A stretch of DNA of 63,884 bases, counting the filler, from an uncultured Acidimicrobiia bacterium (GTDB taxonomy: Bacteria; Actinomycetota; Acidimicrobiia; Spongiisociales; JAOTWH01), in NCBI GenBank assembly GCA_964347285.1. It is 3 parts of 3 records of this genome, joined end to end, with 100 filler letters (N's around TTAATTAATTAA, not from the genome) between each part and the next. Parts side by side here need not be neighbours in the genome. Positions count along the whole stretch, not along the records: positions 27,545 to 54,896 come from CAYFYE010000023.1; 2 more parts are not named here. One strand, 5' to 3'. Shown piece after piece: positions 42,140 to 52,383 of the stretch. The notes below the pieces were generated by a model, which saw only the letters and a program-made list of their open reading frames with translations, ran no database searches and had not been told where the DNA came from. How positions within the stretch are numbered: position 1 is the first letter of the stretch; the number at the start of each line of letters is the position of its first letter. Made by a program: the position numbers and the translations under genes.

Positions 42140-42682
42140 CTAATCGGCGGGTACGAAGTAGACGTCGGTGGGCTTGAGCTTGCTGTTCCGTAGAAAGCGG
42201 GGGCTCACCTGCATACCGATCCAGTCCAACGACGCTTGGGCATGGTCGACCCCCAGTAACCGACCGAGGAAGAGCGTGTCGACCCCCTCGTACTCGATGA
42301 GCGCCAAGACGAACGGGGTCTCCGGCAGAAACTCCTCCGAGCCGAAGTAGCAGACGGTGAATGCGTGCACTCGGGCCTTCCGCTCGGTGATGTCGAGCCA
42401 ATCGGTCTCCTGGCCCGAGTACATGTCGTGGCCCCTGGGAGTGGCGTAGGTGTATCCGGACTCGGGATCGGTGCTGGCGAGCAGGGTCTTGTTTGCGGCT
42501 CCGGCAAACCACGGGCTGTCCTGGGCGTAGGAGTGGAGATAGGTGATCGAGTACTCCTGCTCGATCTGAATCGGAGCCATCCGCTTGAGAAAGGCCAGGG
42601 CATCGGCATCGGTCTCCCGGGGAAACGGTATGCCGTGAACGATGTACCCGCCGAGAGTCTCTTTCCGCTTCGCTTCGCTCAT
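42140..42682 (-). CDS. DUF35 OB-fold protein (thiolase partner)
   Basis: YLHSYAQDSPWF, ATPRGH, VHAFTVC, PFVLALIE; overlaps the thiolase stop. Confidence 0.82.
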   Translation of the reverse strand: MSEAKRKETLGGYIVHGIPFPRETDADALAFLKRMAPIQIEQEYSITYLHSYAQDSPWFAGAANKTLLASTDPESGYTYATPRGHDMYSGQETDWLDITERKARVHAFTVCYFGSEEFLPETPFVLALIEYEGVDTLFLGRLLGVDHAQASLDWIGMQVSPRFLRNSKLKPTDVYFVPAD

Positions 42683-44049
42683 ACCTGCCCTTCCCTCTCC
42701 AGGATGGTCACGGTGACATACGTTCCGGTGCCGGCGTGGGAGTGGATCGCGCCCCGCCGGGCGTCGGCGACCTGAAGCGTGTCATCGAGGAAGTGCTTGC
42801 CGATGGTGCCTTGGAGCTGCCAGATGGCAAACACTCCCTGCATGAGGCCGGTGGCACCCACCGGGTGGCCGCAGGCGATCAGACCCCCGGACGGGTTCAC
42901 CGGGCACACCGGTTCCTCCTTCAGGTCGAGTCCGTACTCGATCCCCGGCATGAAGGCCTGCCCGGAGGCAGCGAACGGCCCGCCCTCGCCGTACCGGCAA
43001 AGTCCTAGATCCTCGTACGTCTGGATCTCACTGGAGGTGTAGGCGTCGTGCAGCTCGATGAAGTCGAGCTCGTCGAGGGGGTCGATGATCCCGGCCTGGC
43101 GGTAGGCCATGTTGCCGGCGGCACGGCCGGCCCGAAAGGAGTGGACTCCCGGATAGCGGGTGCCCCGGTCCCACAGCTCCCGGTAGTAAGCCCGAGTCTC
43201 GTCCGAATCGCGCTCCCGGTCGGTGGCGTACTCCCTCATGAACGTTTCGTAGTCGACGCGGGGACGGTCGGCCATCCGCATCGCATCGGTCCCTCGGCCG
43301 ATGCCCACCACCTCGACCAGGGGCCGATGAATCTGCGCCCCGGCCGCCTCGAGCTTCTGGATGCCTTCCTCCGAAGCCAAGATCACCGCCGCAGCCCCGT
43401 CGGACATCACGCAGATATCGAGGCGGGTGAGGGGCCAGGCCACCATGGGAGCAGCCCGCACCTCATCGATCGTGTAGCGGTTGCGCTTCTGCGCATAGGG
43501 GTTGTGATACGCATTGAGGTGGTTCTTGACGGAAACGTGCGCCATCTGCTCTACGGTGGTGCCGTACTCCTTCATGTGCCGGGTGACCATCATCGCGTAG
43601 TAGCCGGAGTAGAACCCGCCCACCGGGTAATCCCACGACACGTCCGAAGCCAGGGCGATGAACTCGTTTCCCTTCCACGTCTCGACGTGACTCATCGTCT
43701 CGAAGCCGTAGGCCACGCACACGTCCATGTGCCCGCTCGCCACCGACTTCCATGCCTCCTGGAAGCACAGCCCGCCCGTAGCGCCGCCCCCTTCCACCCG
43801 GTGGCCCGGCTTGGGACAGAGGCCCAAGTAGTCCTGAGCCATGATCCCGGCCATGAGCTGACGGCTGAAGTGATCGGAGAAGTACGAAGCCACCGACCCG
43901 TCCACGGTCCAGGTGAAAGTGGGGAAGTCGAGGGCCAGATCGGCGATCGCGTAGTCGTAGGCCTCTTTCACGACCGCCTGGAACGTCTTGTCCGGACGTG
44001 CCTTGGTGAACTTGGATACCCCTCCCGAGAGCGCGTACACCGGGCGCAT
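42679..44049 (-). CDS. SCP-x/archaeal-type thiolase-domain protein
   Basis: YGFETMS, VSVKNHLNA..NPYAQ, SDGAAA, IELHDAY, NPSGGLIACGHPVGATG, HSHAGTG. Confidence 0.85.
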   Translation of the reverse strand: MRPVYALSGGVSKFTKARPDKTFQAVVKEAYDYAIADLALDFPTFTWTVDGSVASYFSDHFSRQLMAGIMAQDYLGLCPKPGHRVEGGGATGGLCFQEAWKSVASGHMDVCVAYGFETMSHVETWKGNEFIALASDVSWDYPVGGFYSGYYAMMVTRHMKEYGTTVEQMAHVSVKNHLNAYHNPYAQKRNRYTIDEVRAAPMVAWPLTRLDICVMSDGAAAVILASEEGIQKLEAAGAQIHRPLVEVVGIGRGTDAMRMADRPRVDYETFMREYATDRERDSDETRAYYRELWDRGTRYPGVHSFRAGRAAGNMAYRQAGIIDPLDELDFIELHDAYTSSEIQTYEDLGLCRYGEGGPFAASGQAFMPGIEYGLDLKEEPVCPVNPSGGLIACGHPVGATGLMQGVFAIWQLQGTIGKHFLDDTLQVADARRGAIHSHAGTGTYVTVTILEREGQV

Positions 44050-44366
44050 CCGTGCCCCTCTGCGTGAGCCGATAGGTGAGGCGGATCCTAGCGAGGCACT
44101 CCTTGGGCCCATTTGTCGCCCGGTGAGCGATCATCCAGAGCCGGCGCTGGCTCGACCCGACCGCCGGCTTCGGCTGATCACGACGCCAGCGCAAAGATCT
44201 GGCCGAGCCGGAGGCTCTTCTCCCGCGCTTTCGGTACCCGATCGATGCACGTCGTTCGGCCTCCTGGGCCCGTGGGTATCGCCGGATCGGCGGACTGCCG
44301 TACCGTACCTCTCGATACGATGGGACCACCTGCGGGGGTCAGCCTCGCCCACAACGGAAGGAGCGG

Positions 44367-45461
44367 ATGATGCCGGGACCCGAGTCGATCCCGCACACGA
44401 TGGACGCTCTCCGTCTCCTCGGACCCAATGAGTTCGACATCGCCACCGAAGACGTGCCGGCGCCGGCCTCGCACGAGGTCCTGTGCCGGGTCGAGTCGGT
44501 AGCGATCTGCGGTACCGACCGCGAGATCATCTCCGGCAACTTCCTCGAGAAGGGATGGCCCCGCGCCTACCCCTATACCCCCGGCCACGAATGGTCCGGG
44601 GTGGTGGCGGCACTCGGCGACCGCGCCGCCGACTTCGGATTCCGATTGGGCGACCGCGTGGCCGGAACCGCTCATGCCGGATGCGGGTACTGCCGGATGT
44701 GCGCCACGGGGAGGTACAACCTCTGCTTCAACTACGGGCGTGAGGATCTCGGGCACCGGCACTACGGCCACTACTCGACGGGTGCCCTCCGGCAGTACCA
44801 CAACTCCTCCATCAAGAGCGTCTTCCCGATTCCCGACTCGATGACCCTGGACGAGGGCGCCCTGGTGGATGCCTCGTCGATCGCCCTCCACGCCGTGAAG
44901 AGGGGGCGGGTCGAGTCGGGTGACACGGTGGCGATCATCGGACCGGGCGCTCAGGGTCTGCTGGCCGGACAATGCGCCGCCACCTTCGGAGCGGCCCGAG
45001 TCGTCGTGGTCGGGCGGGGGGAGCGGCTCGCCAAGGCATCGTCGTTCGGTTTCGAAGTCGTCGACAACACCGACGTCGACGGCCCAACTGCGGTGAGGGA
45101 GTTGACCGGCGGGCGGGGAGCCGACATGACCGTCGACACCGCCGCCCGAGGCGAGACCCCGCGCCAGGCGGTGGACATGACCCGCAAAGGCGGGAGGGTG
45201 GCTTTGATCGGGGTGCCGCTCGAGCCCTGTGTCCTTCCCCTGCAACGGATCGTCTTCGAGGAGATGGACATCTTCGGGGTTCGAGCCAACCCCAATACAT
45301 GTGAGGAGGTGATCCCGCTGATCGCGGCACGAAAGATCGACGTCTCCGCGGTCACCACCCACAGCTTCCCGCTGAAGGAATTCGGACGCGCCTTCGAGAC
45401 CTTCACCAAACGGATCGACGGGGCACTCAAGGTGTTGGTCAAGCCCAACGCCGACTCGTGA
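44367..45461 (+). CDS. Zn-dependent medium-chain (polyol-type) dehydrogenase
   Basis: ICGTD, PGHEWSG, CGYCRMC..NLC, IIGPGAQG. Confidence 0.88.
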   Translation: MMPGPESIPHTMDALRLLGPNEFDIATEDVPAPASHEVLCRVESVAICGTDREIISGNFLEKGWPRAYPYTPGHEWSGVVAALGDRAADFGFRLGDRVAGTAHAGCGYCRMCATGRYNLCFNYGREDLGHRHYGHYSTGALRQYHNSSIKSVFPIPDSMTLDEGALVDASSIALHAVKRGRVESGDTVAIIGPGAQGLLAGQCAATFGAARVVVVGRGERLAKASSFGFEVVDNTDVDGPTAVRELTGGRGADMTVDTAARGETPRQAVDMTRKGGRVALIGVPLEPCVLPLQRIVFEEMDIFGVRANPNTCEEVIPLIAARKIDVSAVTTHSFPLKEFGRAFETFTKRIDGALKVLVKPNADS

Positions 45462-46057
45462 CGAGGCCCGTGGAAGTCACCCACCGCCGTACCCCCGATG
45501 ACCCGGCTCAAATGCGGTTCCGCGACGGGAGGCTCGACACCCTGGCGGACTGGGGAAGGCGGCTGGCCGAACTGGGTGTTTCCCCCGAGGCCTCCGGCAA
45601 CCTGAGCTGCCGGAGTGCGGACGGGTTTTTCATCACTCGCACCAGTGTGCCTCTAGGCGTCATCGAACCGGACGACTGGGTGGAGGTGACGGCCGTCACT
45701 CCCCGCCCGGACGGGGGGCTCGAGGTGAAATCGCGGGGAGACCACGAGCCGTCCCGGGACGCCGCCGTCCACGCCGCCATCTACGACCACCACCCTGCCG
45801 CCACCGCCGTCTTCCATCTCCACCCCGACTACCTCGACACATTGAGCGATGCCATGAGCATCCCCGCCACCGAGCACCACCGGCAGGCGGGCACGGTCGA
45901 GTCGGTCCGCGAGATCGAGGGCTTCCTGGCCGACCACCCGGACACCCGCTACTTCGTCCTGGTCGAGCACGGAATCGTGGCGTGGGGGGCCACGATCGAG
46001 GAGGCCGGAGAGGCGGTCGAGGCGCACCACGGCGTCGCTGTCGGATTGCGGCGGTGA
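45458..46057 (+). CDS. Class II aldolase/adducin family protein
   Basis: SGNLSCR, PSRDAAVHAAIY, VFHLH, EHGIVAWG. Confidence 0.82.
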   Translation: MTRPVEVTHRRTPDDPAQMRFRDGRLDTLADWGRRLAELGVSPEASGNLSCRSADGFFITRTSVPLGVIEPDDWVEVTAVTPRPDGGLEVKSRGDHEPSRDAAVHAAIYDHHPAATAVFHLHPDYLDTLSDAMSIPATEHHRQAGTVESVREIEGFLADHPDTRYFVLVEHGIVAWGATIEEAGEAVEAHHGVAVGLRR

Positions 46058-46061
46058 CCCG

Positions 46062-47060
46062 GTGCGGGTGATGGCCATCGGGACCGTCATGGTCGACGTC
46101 CTGGCGGTGAGGCTCCCCAGAATCGCCGAACCGGGCCAGGTCCTCTACACCCCCGACGAAATCGAGACCCGGATCGGCGGTCATCCGATCGACGTAGCCA
46201 TCGACCTGGTCGAACTCGGCCATCCCCCCGATCAGGTGGCGGTGGTCGCGGCCGTCGGCGAGGGGCCATACGGGACCTTCGTGCGGAGCGAGATCAACCG
46301 GCGCGGGCTGACGACGTTTCTCCAATCGGTGCCCGACCGCGACACCGGCAAGAACATCGTCCTGGAGGTGAGCGGTGAGGACCGGCGGTTCCACCTCGAC
46401 CCCGGGGCCAACTGGGTCCTCGATCTCCGCCACGTCGCCTCGGCACTCCATGACTGGGCGCCGGACGTGGTGACGCTGCGCCCCGGCTATTCGGGAATCG
46501 ACCTCGAGCTCGACACCCTCCTCGCCCCGCTCGACGGCACCCTGATCATGCTCGACATCATGGAGCCCCACCCGTCCCGGCCGACCGGCTTCCTCGAGCC
46601 GGCCCTGCGGCGTGCCGCAATCGTGCACTGCAACGAGATCGAGGCACGAGTGGCCACCGGTCGCGACACCGTCGAGGCCGCGATCGCCGACTTCTTCGCC
46701 CAGGGCGTCGAGCTGGTCCTGATCACCTCGGGTGGAAGTGGAGCCACCGCATACACGCCGAGTCATACCGTCCGTCAGCCCGGCTTCGACGTCGATGTTG
46801 TCGACGTCACCGGATGCGGGGACGCCTTCTGCGCCGGGATCCTGCACCGGCTCGGCGAGTTGGGTCCCGCCGCCCTCGACCGGTCGACCTCCACAGAGCT
46901 GTCGAGCCTGCTGCTCGTCGGCCAGGCGGTCGGGGCCTCCGCCGCCACCCGCGTCGGATGCGTCGAAGGTGTGTCGGCCGAGCTGGTCGACCGGATCATA
47001 CGGGAGCAAGGGGAGTCGATCCTGGCAGATACCGAAGTCATCGAGAACGAATCCGGCTAG
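46062..47060 (+). CDS. PfkB family carbohydrate kinase
   Basis: IGGHP, DPGAN, HCNEIE, DVTGCGDAFCAG. Confidence 0.88.
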   Translation: MRVMAIGTVMVDVLAVRLPRIAEPGQVLYTPDEIETRIGGHPIDVAIDLVELGHPPDQVAVVAAVGEGPYGTFVRSEINRRGLTTFLQSVPDRDTGKNIVLEVSGEDRRFHLDPGANWVLDLRHVASALHDWAPDVVTLRPGYSGIDLELDTLLAPLDGTLIMLDIMEPHPSRPTGFLEPALRRAAIVHCNEIEARVATGRDTVEAAIADFFAQGVELVLITSGGSGATAYTPSHTVRQPGFDVDVVDVTGCGDAFCAGILHRLGELGPAALDRSTSTELSSLLLVGQAVGASAATRVGCVEGVSAELVDRIIREQGESILADTEVIENESG

Positions 47061-47077
47061 AGACGAAAGGAGCGGGC

Positions 47078-48169
47078 ATGGCCGCCACGAAGTTCATTGC
47101 GCCCGAGTTCGAGGACACCTCGGTCGGCGTGCTGAAACGGCAGATCTGGGAGGCGTCCGACGAAGAGATCGACCGGATCCTCAGCGAGGAGTTCGAGATC
47201 CCTTCCCCCGGCGAGATGGAAACCCCGGGCTGCTACATCCAGATGACCCATCCCGACGAGCTGGCGAGGCGGCGGGAGACGAACGACGTCGTGCTGATCC
47301 CGCTCGGATCGACGGAGCTGCACGGTCCACACAGCGTCAGCGCCCAGGACAGCCTGCAGGTGAGCAGGCTGGCCGAGGGCATCCGGAGAGCCACCAAACG
47401 CCGGGGCCGGGAGGTGGCCCTCGCGTATTCTCCGTGGCTGTACGGAAACCACCCCAAGCACCACGTCGGGCTGATCGGGACCATCCCCATCAGCCAGAGC
47501 GTCCTCGAGATGCTGCTCGTGGACGTGATGTTCGGTCTGTGGTCCCAGGGGTATCGGAAGATGGTGCTCTTGAACAACCACGCCCAGCATTGGGTGATCT
47601 CGAGCGCGATCGACCGGTTCGCCCTCCGCTACCCCGAGCTGCCGTTCCTGGCGATCGCCGTCGACTGGTGCTGCACGATGTCGGAGTTCTTCCGGACCGC
47701 GGACCGGGGCGGACCGTTCGAAGACGACTTCGTCCACGCCGACGAGGCCGAAACGTCGCTGGCGCTGCTGCTGGCACCGGAGACGGTGGACATGACCAAA
47801 GCGGTCGACACCGTCCCCCAGGGCTACTTGCCCGACGGACATTTCAACAAGTCGGCGGCGCAGCGAAGCCGTCCCCATCTGTGGTGGAGCGTGCGCAACA
47901 ACACCCCGCTCGAGATGATCGCCACGCCGGTGGGAGTGGTCGGGCGGGCCACCCTCGCCTCGGCCGACAAGGCCAAGCGGGCCGTGGCCGGAGCGCTGCG
48001 CTATCTGACGCTGCTGGTCGACGAGATCCTGGAGACATTCCCGCCCGGGGTCACGCCCCCGATCGAGGACGTCACCCTGTTCTCGAACGCCGAGATCGAG
48101 GGCTATCTGAAGCAGCCCGGAGAGCCCGGGTACCTCAACCCGTACCGCATCTGGCGCCCGTTCCAATAG
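47078..48169 (+). CDS. iolN: Creatininase-family hydrolase resembling 3-dehydro-scyllo-inosose hydrolase
   Basis: N-terminal extension FEDTSVGVLKRQIWEASDEEIDRIL..IPSPGE..GCYIQ recalled as IolN-like; GSTELHGPH, NNHAQ, HADEAETS. Confidence 0.65.
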   Translation: MAATKFIAPEFEDTSVGVLKRQIWEASDEEIDRILSEEFEIPSPGEMETPGCYIQMTHPDELARRRETNDVVLIPLGSTELHGPHSVSAQDSLQVSRLAEGIRRATKRRGREVALAYSPWLYGNHPKHHVGLIGTIPISQSVLEMLLVDVMFGLWSQGYRKMVLLNNHAQHWVISSAIDRFALRYPELPFLAIAVDWCCTMSEFFRTADRGGPFEDDFVHADEAETSLALLLAPETVDMTKAVDTVPQGYLPDGHFNKSAAQRSRPHLWWSVRNNTPLEMIATPVGVVGRATLASADKAKRAVAGALRYLTLLVDEILETFPPGVTPPIEDVTLFSNAEIEGYLKQPGEPGYLNPYRIWRPFQ

Positions 48170-48206
48170 GGATCGACGACAGGGGTCGCCGAGCACAGCC
48201 CCGCTC

Positions 48207-48785
48207 TCAGGCGTCGGAGGGACCTGGTTCCCAGCCCGTCGACGCCGCCCACTCCGGGGCGGCGGACATGAACAGGTCGAACGCCGGATCCTTGACGTCG
48301 TAGTAGGCATCGACGTCGTCGGGGAAGCGCCCGGCAAGCCGGCGTTTGACCTCGGCGTAGGCATCGGCCGTACCGCGATGAGCGCGTAGGTAGTCGCGGC
48401 ACAGCAGCGCGTAGCGCTGGTTGAAGCGTCCCGCTTGGCGCACATGCACGTTGGCCCGGCGGGCCGGCGGTTCGAACACGAACACCAGCTTGCGGAGCTC
48501 TTCCGGGTCCAGCACGCTGCCGGGAGGCAGGTGATCGGAGGTGAGGTCGGTCGGACGGGCTCCGGCCCGCTCGAACGCTGCCTCGATCTCCGGGGCGTCG
48601 AGGGCCTCCACCGTGATCTGCACATCGATCACGTCCTTGGCGGCCAACCCCGGAACCGCGGTGCTCCCGATGTGGTCGATCCGCACCGCCCGCTCGCCGA
48701 GCTCCCTCCGGAGCATGGCACCGATCCGCCGGAACTCAGTGGGCCACTCGGGCCGATACTCACTGATCTCGATGGGCGAAGCCAT
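48207..48785 (-). CDS. GrpB family nucleotidyltransferase-like protein
   Basis: IDHIGSTAVPGLAAKDVIDV, RDYLR, Y..VK. Confidence 0.88.
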   Translation of the reverse strand: MASPIEISEYRPEWPTEFRRIGAMLRRELGERAVRIDHIGSTAVPGLAAKDVIDVQITVEALDAPEIEAAFERAGARPTDLTSDHLPPGSVLDPEELRKLVFVFEPPARRANVHVRQAGRFNQRYALLCRDYLRAHRGTADAYAEVKRRLAGRFPDDVDAYYDVKDPAFDLFMSAAPEWAASTGWEPGPSDA

Positions 48786-49018
48786 CGAGATCAGTCTGGC
48801 AGCGCCCTTCGGCCCTCCGGTCGGCGCGGCCGCGTGCGGCCAGATACACCGATCGGATCGCTGCCGAAGAGCGACCCGTTCGGTGTCGACCTTCAGGCCC
48901 TCCCGACCCGCTGCCGGCGTGAAGGCGGGACGGACGCCGCAGAGGTGGGAGAGAGGGTCGGGGGTATAAGGTTGGTGCCGACTGCCGGAGCCGCCGAATC
49001 TGACGGAGGAGGACCCAC

Positions 49019-50176
49019 GTGAGCTACCTGAGAACCGGAGTTGTGGGGACTTCCCGTAAGGAGCACGAGTCGCGGGTCGCGATCCATCCCCACCATCTGG
49101 CCTTCCTACCCGAGGCGCTGCGTGCGAATCTGGTGTTCGAAGAAGGCTACGGCACCAACTTCGGAGTCGGCGATGACCGGCTCGAGGAGCTCGGCGTCGC
49201 CCTGGCGAGTCGGGCCGAGATCCTGGGATCGAGCGACGTCGTGATCTTGCCCAAACCCATGGCCGAAGATCTCCAGGAGCTGAAGACCGGGCGAATCCTG
49301 TGGGGATGGCCCCACTGCGTGCAGCAGCAGGAGATCACCGAGGCGGCGATCGACCGGCGGCTGACGCTGATCGCCTTCGAGGCGATGTTCCTGTGGGGCC
49401 GCGACGGCGATCGGCAGATGCACGTCTTCTACAAGAACAACGAGCTGGCCGGGTATTGCGGAGTACTGCACGCCTTGGAGCTGACGGGCAGGGACGGCTT
49501 CTACGGACCCCCGCAGCGGACCACAGTGCTGGGGTTCGGCTCGGTGAGTCGCGGGGCCATCTACGCGCTGCAGGGACGGGGCTTCTCCGACATCACGGTC
49601 TACACCCAGCGGCCTCCCCATCTGGTCCGGGACCAGGTCCTCGGGTGTCGTCATCGCCACATGCGCAGACCGAGCGAGCCCGACGGACCGATGACAACGG
49701 TGATCGAGGACGGCAAGGAAGTCCTGTTGGCTGATGAGCTGGCGGCCGCCGATTTGGTGGTAAACGGGACGCTTCAGGACACGGACGATCCCCTGATGTT
49801 TCTGCAGCCGGGAGACGAGAAGCGCCTGCGGCCGGGCTCGCTCATCATCGACGTGAGCTGCGACCTGGGAATGGGATTCCCGTTCGCTCGGCCCACGTCG
49901 TTCACAGAACCCACCTTCCACGTGGGAGGCAAAACCGGAGCCGTCTACTACGCCGTCGACCACACTCCTACCTACCTCTGGGGCAGCGCCTCGTGGGAGA
50001 TCTCGCTCGCACTCCTTCCCTACCTCGAGGTGATCATGTCCGGCCCCGCGGCCTGGGCCGACGACCCCACCATCGGGCGGGCGATCGAGATCAGGGAGGG
50101 GGTTGTCCAGAACCCCAAGATCCTCTCTTTCCAGCATCGCGCCACCGATTACCCGCACCCGATCGTGGCCCCGTAG
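49019..50176 (+). CDS. ceo: N5-(carboxyethyl)ornithine synthase-like (AlaDH/PNT family)
   Basis: SRKEHESRV, WGWPHCVQ, KNNELAGY, GFGSVSRGA, DVSCD, VDHTP. Confidence 0.8.
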   Translation: MSYLRTGVVGTSRKEHESRVAIHPHHLAFLPEALRANLVFEEGYGTNFGVGDDRLEELGVALASRAEILGSSDVVILPKPMAEDLQELKTGRILWGWPHCVQQQEITEAAIDRRLTLIAFEAMFLWGRDGDRQMHVFYKNNELAGYCGVLHALELTGRDGFYGPPQRTTVLGFGSVSRGAIYALQGRGFSDITVYTQRPPHLVRDQVLGCRHRHMRRPSEPDGPMTTVIEDGKEVLLADELAAADLVVNGTLQDTDDPLMFLQPGDEKRLRPGSLIIDVSCDLGMGFPFARPTSFTEPTFHVGGKTGAVYYAVDHTPTYLWGSASWEISLALLPYLEVIMSGPAAWADDPTIGRAIEIREGVVQNPKILSFQHRATDYPHPIVAP

Positions 50177-50206
50177 CCGGCCGATCGGGCCGCTCGTGAA
50201 TCCTGC

Positions 50207-50983
50207 CTAGCTCGACACTCCCAACCACAGCCCCAAGTGGGCATCATGCTCGACCAGCCGGACCACGTTGGAGTGGACGGTGGCGAGGAGGTTGCCGCGT
50301 TCGACCCCGCGAATGCGAGCCAGCTCGTCCACGATGCTTTCGATGAGGGGTGGATACCCAGTCTCGCCGGTTACCCATCGGGGCCCGCCCGGGTTGTCGG
50401 TTTCCGTGAGCAGCTGGTCGGTCGGAATGGCTCGAGCCACAGTCCGCACATGGTCCGAATGCAGCAGTTCGACGCCGACCGTGAACATGAACCCGGCCGT
50501 GATCAGTTGGGCCAGCACATCGAGGGGTCCCGAGTACCAATGGATGATGCCCCGCTCGATGCCATGCTCACGCAGTAGGTCGACCGTGTCGTGCTCCGCA
50601 CCTGCGCAATGAACGTTGACCAGCTTGCGCTGTTCACGGGCCCACGTCAGGAATCGAGCGAACACCGTGCGCTGGGCACCGTATTGGGACTCGTCCGGAA
50701 CGAACCGATAGTCGAGTCCGATCTCCCCGATCAGTGGGCTCCGCTCGACCAGCCCTTCGACATCTTCGAGTGCGTCGACGTAACGCGGCGCCTCCCATGG
50801 CTGAACACCGAACGCAGGGACGACGAGATTCGATCGTGCCGCGATCATCTCCGTCCGTAGGAACGATGGGACATCGACCGACACGCTCAACGTCAAGATC
50901 CCGAGCCGCTCAATGGCATCGAGGACGCCGGGAATCTCTTCGGCGTCGTACTTGTCGAGATGGGCGTGGGCGTCGATGAACAC
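50207..50983 (-). CDS. TatD family hydrolase
   Basis: IDAHAHL, IGEIGLD, IIHWYSG, LTETDNP. Confidence 0.88.
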   Translation of the reverse strand: MFIDAHAHLDKYDAEEIPGVLDAIERLGILTLSVSVDVPSFLRTEMIAARSNLVVPAFGVQPWEAPRYVDALEDVEGLVERSPLIGEIGLDYRFVPDESQYGAQRTVFARFLTWAREQRKLVNVHCAGAEHDTVDLLREHGIERGIIHWYSGPLDVLAQLITAGFMFTVGVELLHSDHVRTVARAIPTDQLLTETDNPGGPRWVTGETGYPPLIESIVDELARIRGVERGNLLATVHSNVVRLVEHDAHLGLWLGVSS

Positions 50984-51492
50984 GGCGTCTTTCGGTCTTC
51001 CTCAAGCTAACGCAGGGCCTGATGTTGCCCATGAATCCGGGTGCCCGTCCCGCTCGGCCGCACCACCTTCCCTCGCCGAACTGGGCCAACCTACCAACCC
51101 GCCCCGGGGCCCTGGCGGCGTTCCAGGTGGTGATTCGGGGCCCTGTTTCCTCTGGTCACCGGCGCCGCCGGGAAAACGATGATGTCCCTTCCCATCGCTC
51201 CCCGAGCAGCACCCGACCAGAAGCGATCGGCGCAAATCGGCGAAAGCCCGACACCGCCTGCCAAGGGATCGCCCGCGGTGCCGACGGGAGGTCGGCGGCA
51301 GACGATCTGGGCTGATCCACCGCCCCCGGGTGCGGCGCGGCGGAAGCGCTCGAGATCATGCGATCTGCGCGGCGAGGGAAAACGCCGGCGAACGCCGAGG
51401 CCCTCCTTCAGAGATCTCATCACCGCGCCGGAGCGGTAGCTGCTCGGTGAAGGGACGAGCCGGAGAGGGGCCCGGAACCGGCCCCCGATCGA

Positions 51493-51912
51493 TCACATCT
51501 CGGGTGTTATCCCGAGCTGCTCCATCATCGCGACCTGATCCATCACGCCCCAATGGGCCGTCGCCTTGTCGCCGCGGAATTCAAGGATGTCGAAAACCTG
51601 GACGTTGCAGCTCTTGGTCGTGGGCGGGATGCCCATGAACTCGCCCTGGTGGGTACCGGTCATCGTGGCCCGCACTGCAACCCTGTCCCCCTCGGCGATC
51701 ATCTCGTTGGGGGTGAATCGGAGGTCGGGAAAGGCGGCCCGGAACATGCCGAGCGCCGCCTTGGGAGCCTCCGGACCGATGCTGGGTAGACCGGGGAACT
51801 CCTCGTGCTCAACGAAATCCGCAGAGATCAGTTCGTCGAACAAGTCGAGGTTTCCTTGGTTGATGGCGTCATAGATGCGCTGTGCCACCGCCTTGTTGTT
51901 TTCGACGGACAT
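51493..51912 (-). CDS. SnoaL-like ester cyclase
   Basis: AFPDL, AEGDRV, GTHQGEFMGIPPT; AGGAGGTG RBS. Confidence 0.88.
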   Translation of the reverse strand: MSVENNKAVAQRIYDAINQGNLDLFDELISADFVEHEEFPGLPSIGPEAPKAALGMFRAAFPDLRFTPNEMIAEGDRVAVRATMTGTHQGEFMGIPPTTKSCNVQVFDILEFRGDKATAHWGVMDQVAMMEQLGITPEM

Positions 51913-52383
51913 GCCAATCACCTCCTGAGTCGCGGCGTGGCGCCGAGCTTACCGGGACGGGAGGTATCGGCGACGGGCGCAGAGATCGGGAGGCCCACTG
52001 TGGTCGCGGCCGAGAAAGCCCGATTCGGACCGGGCGCCCCGCGACCGACGGTGCGGGCACGGGCGTCCTCCTCGAGCGATACCTCGTAGTTCGGATCGAG
52101 TGCACCGCCGGCCAGTCCCGCCCCGAGAAGGAGTCCCGGCGGTGTGGGTTGGAGCGGTCATCGAAGCCGAGGTCGGATCCACCTTCGGTGTGGGTCGTTC
52201 GAGGGAAACCGATGGCCACGTAACGTGGCTTGATGGTTTGGTTTTCAGCCACGGAGAGTGTAATCTGCACTCCGCGGGGCCAGTCCGACACTCAGGGTGG
52301 TATGGGCACTCTGACACCGCAAGCGGAGGGCAATCGAGGTCGGCCCGGCCCCGGGCGAAGTGGTTCGGTCGAGGGAGGCACAA

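Noticed and set aside
50984..52380. Intergenic stretches either side of the ester cyclase gene as riboswitches or small genes
   Set aside because: I found only short palindromes (e.g. GCCACGTAACGTGGC) and no recognisable riboswitch consensus or credible ORF. An Rfam scan would be needed.
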